This document shows, piece after piece, positions 10,792 to 18,979 of a stretch of DNA of 64,000 nt; positions within the stretch are counted from its first letter, which is position 1; each line of letters begins with the position of its first letter. Position numbers and translations under genes: made by a program. Where the stretch lies: IMG/VR virus record IMGVR_UViG_3300034157_000063. One strand, given 5' to 3'. The DNA is from a virus. Taxonomy: Duplodnaviria > Heunggongvirae > Uroviricota > Caudoviricetes. The notes beneath the pieces are model-generated. The model was not told the origin of the DNA. It saw only the letters and a program-made list of their open reading frames with translations, and made no database searches.

Positions 10792-11355
10792 ATGATGATT
10801 GAAACCAAAGAGTTCTCACATGACTTGATTTATGATCAGGCCCAAGATTTCTTCCTTTCGAAAGGAATTAATAAAAAATCTTTTAGACTATCACGTCCGC
10901 ACCTTGTTCATCAACAAAATCTAGTCGATCATATAACACTTGAAGAAGGCGAAGCGTTTGGCATTAACCCAGAACATTACGCTTGGAGTGATTTTTTAAA
11001 ATATCTTGAAGAAAAATATTCATTTGAGTCCAAGCTATATAACATCATTAAAGATTATGATGAATTTTTCAATCCTGAAAAAAATGATGAATGTTATAAT
11101 GAGTATGTTTATTATTTTATCAATACCTCTGGCACTATTCAAAAGGTTCATGTATTCGAATTCGTGGAGCTTGAATATGGTGATTATCACATGTCTCTTT
11201 TTGAGGTAAATGATAGCAATATTGAAGAAATGGAAAGACAAGTATTAGATTATTACATTAGTTATTTTGGTAAACCGATTCCAGAAGAACTGATCAAACC
11301 CTTTGCAAGCATGACACCTGAAGAACGTGAAGTCATTCGCATGATTTGCATTTAA
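10792..11355 (+). CDS. tail-family paralogue (ends ...EREVIRMICI)
   Basis: TGcTATAAT at ~10757 lies inside track ORF 10735... The ATGATG at 10792 has an AAAGGTG SD. Confidence 0.6.
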   Translation: MMIETKEFSHDLIYDQAQDFFLSKGINKKSFRLSRPHLVHQQNLVDHITLEEGEAFGINPEHYAWSDFLKYLEEKYSFESKLYNIIKDYDEFFNPEKNDECYNEYVYYFINTSGTIQKVHVFEFVELEYGDYHMSLFEVNDSNIEEMERQVLDYYISYFGKPIPEELIKPFASMTPEEREVIRMICI

Positions 11356-11424
11356 TTGTTGTAAAATCGCTTCTTTTTTGCTATAATATGGCCTTAACAT
11401 TAACCACTTGGAGTTTTAAAATAA

Positions 11425-12075
11425 ATGAAAACATCTACAGCTTATGCTTCGGAAAATACAATCTCTACACGATTGTATAATTTTATCATCGGTGCTGTAT
11501 TGTTGTATGGTTTTTTGATGAACGTTTTTATCGTTAAAACCGTTCCAGTAGCCAGTCTGTTGTCCATCAATATTTGGGTTTTCTTGATTGGTTATTTGGC
11601 AAGCTGCTTGTTTGGTATTTATTTGTTTACCAAATCTGACAACCCTGTTGTTAGCTTTATTGGGTTTAACTTTGTTGCTGTCCCCTTTGGTTTGATTGTG
11701 AATATGGTTACTTCTCAGTATTCACCTGAAATGGTTATCAATGCCATGCAGGTTACTACGGTAGTAACGTGTATTATGATGGTGTTGGGCACTGCCTATC
11801 CTAAGTTCTTTGAAAGTATTGCATCAGGTCTGTTTTGGGGTTTGCTGGCATCTATCGTCGCTGAATTGATCTTGACCTTTGTGTTTAAAATGGACTTGGG
11901 CATTATGGACTGGATTATTGCTGCTATCTTCTGTGGTTACATCGGTTACGACTGGGGCAAGGCTTCTGCACTCCCTAAAACTGTCGATAACGCCGTAGAC
12001 TCAGCCGCAGCTCTGTATATGGACATCATCAACTTGTTCTTGCGAATCCTCAGTATCATGGGCAAGAAAGACTGA
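11425..12075 (+). CDS. Bax-inhibitor-1/YccA (TMBIM) family membrane protein
   Basis: Seven hydrophobic segments. The C-terminal ...ALYMDIINLFLRILSIMG resembles the family signature. Confidence 0.7.
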   Translation: MKTSTAYASENTISTRLYNFIIGAVLLYGFLMNVFIVKTVPVASLLSINIWVFLIGYLASCLFGIYLFTKSDNPVVSFIGFNFVAVPFGLIVNMVTSQYSPEMVINAMQVTTVVTCIMMVLGTAYPKFFESIASGLFWGLLASIVAELILTFVFKMDLGIMDWIIAAIFCGYIGYDWGKASALPKTVDNAVDSAAALYMDIINLFLRILSIMGKKD

Positions 12076-12094
12076 TAAAATGTGTACTGTTTAT

Positions 12095-12118
12095 GGATGG
12101 CTTCGGCCATCCTTTTTT
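12095..12118 (+). terminator. rho-independent terminator
   Basis: GGATGGC-TTCG-GCCATCC followed by TTTTTT. Confidence 0.7.
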
Positions 12119-12137
12119 ACATTTAATGGAGTAACTT

Positions 12138-12872
12138 TTGATGAATGAAATCATTGATGAAGAAACAAAGCAGAAGTTTCCAATTTATGGACTCCTTGAT
12201 TATTTCGTGAGTAATTTTACGGACGAAAATTATGAATATGGAATGGATCAAATGGGCATTTGTCGATATCCTTTGAATTCTGATGGTAACCGTATTGTGG
12301 TGAAACTTGAAGAAGACAGATTTACTTATGGTCTGGATGGCGGAACAGCCACTAAGTCTGAATCAATTGCTCCTTTTCGTAAAGGTGATACACCAAGTTC
12401 TATTTATTTTAATATTTCGACAAAATATGACGATATTTATTCTGAGTATTTTGGTGATTTGTCATCTCCAATGATAGACTTGTTTGTAGATCACACCAAT
12501 AAACACTTAGAGTTGATTAATCAAAAGAAAATTTCAGATGATTATCAATTGCTCATCTGTAAAGATTTTTCAGTGGATGCTAGCTTTAAATATGATCAAA
12601 TGACCAAAAAAATTACAAGAGTTTTATCTATTGTTTTTAGAAGAAACCCTACAGCATCTGAACCCATTCGCAGTGTTCATTGTGTGACTGACAACCTGTT
12701 AACCACTCAGGCTACATTAAAACACATGGATAGTGAGTTTTTTAATCGTTATTACAAAGAAAAAATAAAAGAAGCTTATCCCGATTTAAGCTTTGATCAA
12801 GTTTATGAATTATTAGATCTTTCAAAATGGAATGAACATTTGAATGCTCTTGTAAAGATGACATATTATTGA
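12138..12872 (+). CDS. tail-family paralogue, 'M-x-Y-Y' subgroup (ends ...LNALVKMTYY)
   Basis: 244 aa, SD TGGAGT. Shares 'YxYGxDxxxxxRYPLxxDGxRI' with the next gene. Confidence 0.65.
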   Translation: MMNEIIDEETKQKFPIYGLLDYFVSNFTDENYEYGMDQMGICRYPLNSDGNRIVVKLEEDRFTYGLDGGTATKSESIAPFRKGDTPSSIYFNISTKYDDIYSEYFGDLSSPMIDLFVDHTNKHLELINQKKISDDYQLLICKDFSVDASFKYDQMTKKITRVLSIVFRRNPTASEPIRSVHCVTDNLLTTQATLKHMDSEFFNRYYKEKIKEAYPDLSFDQVYELLDLSKWNEHLNALVKMTYY

Positions 12873-12906
12873 TACAATTAATTAAATCAAAAAAGGCTTA
12901 CTTCTT

Positions 12907-13602
12907 ATGATAAAATCAACAATGTATGGAAATGAAAATAAGTTAAAAGCACTTGGTCACTTATTTTTTTCTAAGTTTTCGAATCAAGACTATGACTATG
13001 GACAAGATGGATTGTCTGTTGTACGTTATCCACTCACCGCTGATGGCAAGCGAATTCATATGTATGAAGTTAATAGCTGGGATGGGGATATTTGTGGCTA
13101 TGATAAGTCTTATACCATTGCCAATATCATTAACTCTAATTGGGATTATGATTGTGATGTTTCTTTTGTTTTGACATCGGATCAAAATGATAACGGAAAA
13201 CCTGTTAAGTTTGATTATCTCTACAAGTTTCATTCTAATGAGTTTTTAGTTCGGTTGAAAAAACACTTGAAGCTCTTGAATGATTCCCCTGAAATGCATA
13301 GAAAACGTGAGTTGGTTGAGTTTGAATCGAACCGATTTAAAGTATCTATTTTCTATCGCTATGATATTTCTACTAAAATAGTTAGTCGTTGTGCAGAGCT
13401 TAGGTTTAAAGCTTTCAATGGAATGCTAGAACATAGGATTACTGTTCTTAATGATGATCATAAATTTTTAGCAGCAATGGATGAAATGGAGCACGAATTT
13501 CAAGAACGTTATTATCGTAATATAATTGAACGTGAAAAAATTGAGCGTGGCACTTTTTTAAATAAAACTGAACAAAATCTTGTTAGAATGGTATATTACT
13601 AA
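12907..13602 (+). CDS. tail-family paralogue (ends ...EQNLVRMVYY)
   Basis: 231 aa. Confidence 0.65.
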   Translation: MIKSTMYGNENKLKALGHLFFSKFSNQDYDYGQDGLSVVRYPLTADGKRIHMYEVNSWDGDICGYDKSYTIANIINSNWDYDCDVSFVLTSDQNDNGKPVKFDYLYKFHSNEFLVRLKKHLKLLNDSPEMHRKRELVEFESNRFKVSIFYRYDISTKIVSRCAELRFKAFNGMLEHRITVLNDDHKFLAAMDEMEHEFQERYYRNIIEREKIERGTFLNKTEQNLVRMVYY

Positions 13603-13605
13603 TAT

Positions 13606-14274
13606 ATGGATATCGGAAAATTCGATTTACCTGACAATATGGCATCCTTTAATTATTATTTAAAGCATTCAGCCAGTAACATGAATTATAGATATCAAAT
13701 ATCTTCTGGGTACACTATTGTTCAGGAAGCTCTAAATCAAGATGGCACACCAAAAACAAGGTCAGGTTATGACAGGTATCATGCCATTGGCAATCTGACT
13801 TATTTTCAACATGATTCAGAGCATGAGTGTTCTTTCGACATAAAACCCAATCTGTTATCAAAAAAAGAATCACCTAGAAAAGTCTATTTTGAGAATGTTG
13901 ATGATTATCATGCCAAACAATTTTTCAAGGTGATTACTAATCACCTTCGTCTTATAAATAAAGGCGATGAAATAAACAAAAAGAAAAATCCGCTGTATGT
14001 TAACCTTGATCATATTGAAATCTATCCAGTTTATGTTTATCATTCATTGCATGGACACATCTATCAAAAAATAGTTGTAAAATTTAAAAAGCATAAAGAA
14101 TTCCCTGAAATTTATATTATTGTGAAGAATAATGACTGTAGTTTTGAGAATGCAGTTAAAATGATTGACAATGAATTTTTTATTAGATACTATTCACAAC
14201 TTATTGAGAAAAAGGACACGACAGAGAAGCTTACTAAATCAGAAAAGCAAATCGTTAAGATGTATTACTATTGA
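13606..14274 (+). CDS. tail-family paralogue (ends ...EKQIVKMYYY)
   Basis: 222 aa. Starts 4 nt after the upstream stop. Confidence 0.6.
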   Translation: MDIGKFDLPDNMASFNYYLKHSASNMNYRYQISSGYTIVQEALNQDGTPKTRSGYDRYHAIGNLTYFQHDSEHECSFDIKPNLLSKKESPRKVYFENVDDYHAKQFFKVITNHLRLINKGDEINKKKNPLYVNLDHIEIYPVYVYHSLHGHIYQKIVVKFKKHKEFPEIYIIVKNNDCSFENAVKMIDNEFFIRYYSQLIEKKDTTEKLTKSEKQIVKMYYY

Positions 14275-14283
14275 GGGCTTTTT

Positions 14284-14904
14284 ATGATTAAGGATTTTAA
14301 CCGTTTTTTAAGAGATAAATTAGACAACCAGAAATACACTTACACACACTGTGAAGGTGAAATATATCGCCATTCTAATAAAATAACATTTGATAAAGCC
14401 ATGAGTGAAAATAACTTTATTATTGTGGGTGAAGCGTTCTTCCATCTTGATAAAGAGACGGTCGATCAATATGACATGTTTTTCATGAATACAGCTAAAT
14501 TTAATTCAAAAGCTAGGGCTGAGCATAATTTAGTCATGGACTACTCTGAACATATTCAGACTCGAAAACTATTCTTAGCTTTCTTGGCAAACGTTGTTCT
14601 CATTGAAAAACATAAAAGACATCCAGATAAATATACCTTAGATACAAAAAGTTTTTATTACAGTAATGTTTTTTATTTTAGACCTGACAATAGTAAGCCG
14701 CTCGCATTACCTTACTTAACGATGCAAACGCCAACAGGATACATTCAACTTGAATTCAATCATACTCAACTTCAAAATGTTAATGAACAAATAAGGGTTA
14801 TCAATGAAACCTTCCGAGACTATTATTTTAAACACGTTCTTGATAAGACGGTTACTGAGATGTCAGACGATGAAAAGAAAGCTGTGATAATGTTTTATCA
14901 ATAA
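14284..14904 (+). CDS. tail-family paralogue (ends ...EKKAVIMFYQ)
   Basis: 206 aa, SD GAGGG. Confidence 0.6.
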   Translation: MIKDFNRFLRDKLDNQKYTYTHCEGEIYRHSNKITFDKAMSENNFIIVGEAFFHLDKETVDQYDMFFMNTAKFNSKARAEHNLVMDYSEHIQTRKLFLAFLANVVLIEKHKRHPDKYTLDTKSFYYSNVFYFRPDNSKPLALPYLTMQTPTGYIQLEFNHTQLQNVNEQIRVINETFRDYYFKHVLDKTVTEMSDDEKKAVIMFYQ

Positions 14905-14935
14905 AAAAAAGAGGCCGAAGCCTCTTTAATTTTCA
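14903..14935. terminator. bidirectional rho-independent terminator
   Basis: A-run, AGAGGC-CGAA-GCCTCT, T-run, between convergent genes. Confidence 0.65.
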
Positions 14936-14948
14936 GTGGTGTTGATTG

Positions 14949-16127
14949 TTATGGCTTAATCTCTCTGACTTCTTTGACAGACCCACGATTGACGACAAAA
15001 CTAATCACACCTTCATTGTCATATTTACTTTGTTCAGCTTCACCGACTACAATGATCTCAGGCACACCACGTTCTTTCCAGTATCGAATCTTCTTCCCTA
15101 ATGAGTCAGCACTTTGATCCAGCTTAGATGATTTCTTATCAAGATGAGAGAACACGACCTTTGCATACTCCATAGATTTTTCGGATACTGGAATAACCAC
15201 TGATTTCATAGGGTGTAAGAAGTCAGGTATGTCTTTACCAAATGACTCCAACAAGATCCCTATCATGCGTTCAAGTGAACCTAATACGGCATGGTGGAGA
15301 ATAATAGGACGCTTAGGTTTGTTATCGGCATCAATGTATTCAAGACCAAAACGTTCTGGTAGAACATAATCAAGCTGTATTACACCTAATTGCCATGATC
15401 TGCCGAGTTTGTCTTCTACTTGGAGTTCTAGTTTCGGACCATAGAAAGCCCCGTCATTTTCGTTCTCTACGAAATCAAGGTTATTCATTCTGCAGGCTTC
15501 TCGTAATGCTTCTTCTGCTTTATCCCATAAGCTGTCATCACCAAATCTTTTCTCTGGACGTAAAGCAATCGCATATTTTATCTTTTTGAAGCCAAGTTCT
15601 TCATAAGCTTTCTGGCTCATTTGTATGTATTGATTGACCGAACTGATTAGATTTTCTTCGTTCACAAACACATGACTATCATCCTGACAAAACTGTCTTT
15701 GTCTGAATAATACTTGTAACGCACCAGATGCTTCATTACGAAACACCTCACCAAACTCAAATATTGGTAACGGGAGTTCACGGTAGCTTCTTTTTTCTGA
15801 TTGGTAGATTAGGATATGGTTGGGACAGCTCATAGGACGGAGAGCGTAGTTACTGGCTTCTGATGAATTAAGAAAGAACATATTGTCTTTGTATTTATCC
15901 ATATGACCAGATTGCTCAAATAAGCTAGGAACCACAATGGATGGACTCTTGACTTCAAGATAACCAGCGTCTTCATGGTGTTTACGGATAAAAGATTTTA
16001 AATTCTCATACAATTTAAGACCTTCTGGTTTCCAGTAAACCACACCTGCACTTTCAGCCAACATGAATAAGTTCATTTCTTTGGCGACTTGCATGTATCT
16101 CTTTTCTTCGTTTAATTTGTCGTTCAT
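14949..16127 (-). CDS. thrS: threonyl-tRNA synthetase, catalytic core plus anticodon-binding domain only (392 aa, no N1/N2 editing domains)
   Basis: Class II motifs, 'ALRPMSCPNH', and 'ILHHAVLGSLERMIGILLE' (ThrRS motif-3 region). Aligns with E. coli ThrRS from about residue 240 onwards. SD AAGGGGAAAT. Confidence 0.85.
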   Translation of the reverse strand: MNDKLNEEKRYMQVAKEMNLFMLAESAGVVYWKPEGLKLYENLKSFIRKHHEDAGYLEVKSPSIVVPSLFEQSGHMDKYKDNMFFLNSSEASNYALRPMSCPNHILIYQSEKRSYRELPLPIFEFGEVFRNEASGALQVLFRQRQFCQDDSHVFVNEENLISSVNQYIQMSQKAYEELGFKKIKYAIALRPEKRFGDDSLWDKAEEALREACRMNNLDFVENENDGAFYGPKLELQVEDKLGRSWQLGVIQLDYVLPERFGLEYIDADNKPKRPIILHHAVLGSLERMIGILLESFGKDIPDFLHPMKSVVIPVSEKSMEYAKVVFSHLDKKSSKLDQSADSLGKKIRYWKERGVPEIIVVGEAEQSKYDNEGVISFVVNRGSVKEVREIKP

Positions 16128-16183
16128 TTTATTTCCCCTTGATAGTTTAGTTTGTTTGTGTGTTAATCATTTATTTTAGGCAT

Positions 16184-16212
16184 AAAAAAACCCAGCCGTT
16201 TAGCTGGGTTTG
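16184..16212 (-). terminator. attenuator terminator in the thrS leader
   Basis: On the minus-strand RNA: CCCAGC-UAAACG-GCUGGG followed by UUUUUUU, ~60 nt upstream of the thrS ATG. Confidence 0.55.
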
Positions 16213-16228
16213 TGTGGTTCCGATTATT

Positions 16229-16306
16229 TTAAGACAGCAACAATCGACCAGCCCAGCTATTGAACTGAGTTGTTGTAGTCGTTGTGTTTGCTGCAAATAA
16301 TTTCAT
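16229..16306 (-). CDS. thrS leader peptide MKLFAANTTTTTTQFNSWAGRLLLS (six consecutive Thr codons)
   Basis: ATG at 16306-16304 with GGAG 9 nt upstream. Codons ACA ACG ACT ACA ACA ACT. UAA at 16231-16229. Confidence 0.55.
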   Translation of the reverse strand: MKLFAANTTTTTTQFNSWAGRLLLS

Positions 16307-16329
16307 CTGAATTTTCTCCAATTACTTAT

Positions 16330-16359
16330 ATTGTGATCTTTATTTTCAAAAATGTCAAC
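16330..16359 (-). promoter_or_regulatory. putative sigma70 promoter for the thrS leader
   Basis: TTGACA (rc of 16354-16359) with a weak -10 (CACAAT) about 18 nt downstream. Confidence 0.35.
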
Positions 16360-16557
16360 TATTATTTTTAGTTTTATCATTTTTGTATTTTTGCAATTCA
16401 TTTTCAAAAATATGTCTAATTAAGAAAAATGACGCCTAAAATCCATCCTAGTATTAAGGTTAATTGACAGACACTTTTCATACTTTTAAAAATCTGGATA
16501 AGCAATAAATTGATAGTAAAAGTATGTGCAAAAAGACATGATAACAAAACCTACAAT

Positions 16558-16851
16558 TTAGTTTATTTTGATTTTTGATATCTTATTTTCTAATGTTGCG
16601 ATATCTTTTTTATTGAAAATGTAATTTACAAAAAAAAGAACAGCGGCACCTGCCCCCATAAAAGAAAAAATATTTAGTATGTTTATAATATTTTCATATT
16701 CTATAGAAGCTTTCAAATCAGCACTCGTTCTGAACATAATGTTTACAAGAACGACTACAACTGAAAATACGATTGCGTTTCTAATATTGTATTTCATTTG
16801 TTTTTTTTCTTCGGTTCTTTTGTTATTTAAAGAAGCTATTGTCGGTTCCAT
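16558..16851 (-). CDS. small hydrophobic protein (2 TM)
   Basis: 97-aa ORF in an AT-rich region. Weak. Confidence 0.35.
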   Translation of the reverse strand: MEPTIASLNNKRTEEKKQMKYNIRNAIVFSVVVVLVNIMFRTSADLKASIEYENIINILNIFSFMGAGAAVLFFVNYIFNKKDIATLENKISKIKIN

Positions 16852-17000
16852 GTTATTCTCCTATATATTTGATATATGATACACAAAATTTATAATGCAT
16901 CAATAACGTTTTTCAAAAAAAACTATTATGTAATAAAAATATTGCAATTTTTCTATTTTTTTGTTATTATAATATTCTGATATCTTATAGGAGAACTATT

Positions 17001-17363
17001 ATGCTTCCAAAAGCCTTTGTAGATTTATTGTTTCCAAAAGCTAAACCATTGCCAACTGTATTGGTTGATACCTACAAATCAGAAGTTCATGATATTTTGA
17101 CTGCTCTGCATGTTCCGGGTGTCAAGGTGTCGGACACCACTACAATTTCCAGTTTGTTCTATACATGTAGTCATGGGGCAATGACTATTGGCATGAGTCC
17201 GAGAACTTATACTGAACGTCAGTTGAACGATAATAAAATGGAGGCTTTGAAAGCTTTCGCTGATGTTGTTAAACTGTTTGATGGTGTTGCCATTGTTGAA
17301 CTTGATGACAAGGTGGTAGATTTAGCCAAAAAACTACATGAGTTTAACTTTACAACAGCTTAA
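17001..17363 (+). CDS. hypothetical protein
   Basis: 120 aa. TGtTATtATAAT promoter, SD TAGGAGAA. Confidence 0.5.
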   Translation: MLPKAFVDLLFPKAKPLPTVLVDTYKSEVHDILTALHVPGVKVSDTTTISSLFYTCSHGAMTIGMSPRTYTERQLNDNKMEALKAFADVVKLFDGVAIVELDDKVVDLAKKLHEFNFTTA

Positions 17364-17376
17364 AAAACTAGACGGC

Positions 17377-17409
17377 AAAAAAAGAACTGCATAGACAGTT
17401 CTTTTTTTT
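17377..17409. terminator. bidirectional rho-independent terminator
   Basis: AAAGAACTG-CATAGA-CAGTTCTTT followed by T8. Confidence 0.65.
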
Positions 17410-18196
17410 AAATATAAATCATCTCTTTAAGTTTGATATAATTTATAAAATCTTCATAGTTTTCTGCGAGAATATCATCGACGTATTTTTCTGCGATAAA
17501 ATCAATATCTTCCCCATCAGCGTAGTGGCTGAGCACAATAAGGCAATCTAATTGTTTAGTAGTTAACACAATCATTTCAGTTTCATTGCTTCTATCACCA
17601 TTAAAACAAACTTCGGTTGACACTATTTTCTGATTGTGGTCAATATTGATATCTAACATCAATTTTTTATTGTCAAGATGGTTAAGCATATAGACAATAT
17701 TTAAAGATTCTTTACTAAAATTCATACACAGCATGATAGGTGTTGTAAAATAGGTGACACTTATTTTAGCATTCTCAAAAAAGTGAGAAAGAATAACGTC
17801 AGCTTTTTTATGATTGTCTGCGATATAGTCTACAAACGTTAAATTACTTCTAGCATGTGCCTTTTTAACAAGGTTCTCAATAAAATCCATATATACCTTA
17901 GAATTTTGATTTTTTACATCCATATATTCTGTGCAATCATCTTTATCAGGAGCGTGATAAATTCGAACGTCAGCGAATTTTTTATTCGTTTCTTTTAGAT
18001 ATTTAGTAACTTTATCTTTAACATTTAAGCACGCTGAAAAATAATGCCTTATATTTGGGGCACTAATATCCAATAACTTTTTAAAGTCTTCATTTTCTGT
18101 TTTTACAGTTAAATATTTATTCTCAACACCCTTATTAGATGTCTCATCGAAGACATGTTTTGAGCTGAGCATTTTTACGATATATTGATTTGTCAT
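17408..18196 (-). CDS. tail-family paralogue (ends ...INYIKLKEMIYI)
   Basis: 262 aa. Tandem paralogue of the next gene. ATGA overlap. Confidence 0.65.
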   Translation of the reverse strand: MTNQYIVKMLSSKHVFDETSNKGVENKYLTVKTENEDFKKLLDISAPNIRHYFSACLNVKDKVTKYLKETNKKFADVRIYHAPDKDDCTEYMDVKNQNSKVYMDFIENLVKKAHARSNLTFVDYIADNHKKADVILSHFFENAKISVTYFTTPIMLCMNFSKESLNIVYMLNHLDNKKLMLDINIDHNQKIVSTEVCFNGDRSNETEMIVLTTKQLDCLIVLSHYADGEDIDFIAEKYVDDILAENYEDFINYIKLKEMIYI

Positions 18197-18921
18197 ATGT
18201 AAGTCATCTCTTTTACTTTAAAATAATTAATTACATCTTTATAATCTTCTGCTAACACCTTATCAACATATGGCTCCACATTAAAATCTTTCTCTTCGAT
18301 CATGCCATAATGACATAAAGCAATAAGATAATCTAGCTGTTTATGACTTAATTTTATCTTTTCTGGTTCTTTATAAATCTTGCCATTAAAGTGAACAATT
18401 GTTGATAATATTTCATTATTTTTATTGATTTTTATTTCTATCATCATTTTATTACTGTCATTATTGTTAATTTTGTATACAATAACCAAACCAGTCTCAG
18501 TAAATGTAAAAAGAGTGCTAATTGTTTGAGTGTGATATGTTATTTCTATTTTTGGGCGATTGAAGAGATAGCAAATATCCATATAACCTTTTCGATCAGA
18601 TAATGGTAAATGTTCATAATAATTGAGGTCATTTCTAGCATGAGATTGTTTTAATAATTGACTAATAAAATTATAATATATTCTATCATCACGATTCTCG
18701 ACATCACAATATTCACGGTGACTTCCTTTTTCTGGTGTTGCATACATATTGATCATATCAATTTTCACACCTTCCAAAAAAAGTTTTTTAATAACTTCTT
18801 TAACTTTAGTATCATTGTTAAACCAATTTGAAAAATAATAACTCATATTAATTTGACTGATATCGAACAATTCGTCAAATTCTAAAAGATCATTATTGAT
18901 TATTGTATATTTCTTATTCAT
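18193..18921 (-). CDS. tail-family paralogue (ends ...INYFKVKEMTYI)
   Basis: 242 aa. Shares 'SHARxxLxxxxxL' and 'KQLDxLIxLxHY' with 17408..18196. Confidence 0.65.
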   Translation of the reverse strand: MNKKYTIINNDLLEFDELFDISQINMSYYFSNWFNNDTKVKEVIKKLFLEGVKIDMINMYATPEKGSHREYCDVENRDDRIYYNFISQLLKQSHARNDLNYYEHLPLSDRKGYMDICYLFNRPKIEITYHTQTISTLFTFTETGLVIVYKINNNDSNKMMIEIKINKNNEILSTIVHFNGKIYKEPEKIKLSHKQLDYLIALCHYGMIEEKDFNVEPYVDKVLAEDYKDVINYFKVKEMTYI

Positions 18922-18940
18922 TTTTTTTAATTATTCCTAT

Positions 18941-18976
18941 AAAAAACGAAGCCCCAAGTTTCGGCAAGGGGCTTTT
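18941..18976 (-). terminator. rho-independent terminator (minus strand)
   Basis: AAGCCCC...GGGGCTT hairpin, with a T-run on the minus strand. Confidence 0.55.
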
Positions 18977-18979
18977 AAA

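Noticed and set aside
16128-16330. T-box riboswitch as the thrS leader mechanism
   Set aside because: There is no stem-I or specifier-loop architecture and no T-box 'AGGGUGGNACCGCG' consensus. The leader is only ~180 nt and contains a translatable Thr-run uORF with an SD, which fits leader-peptide attenuation instead.
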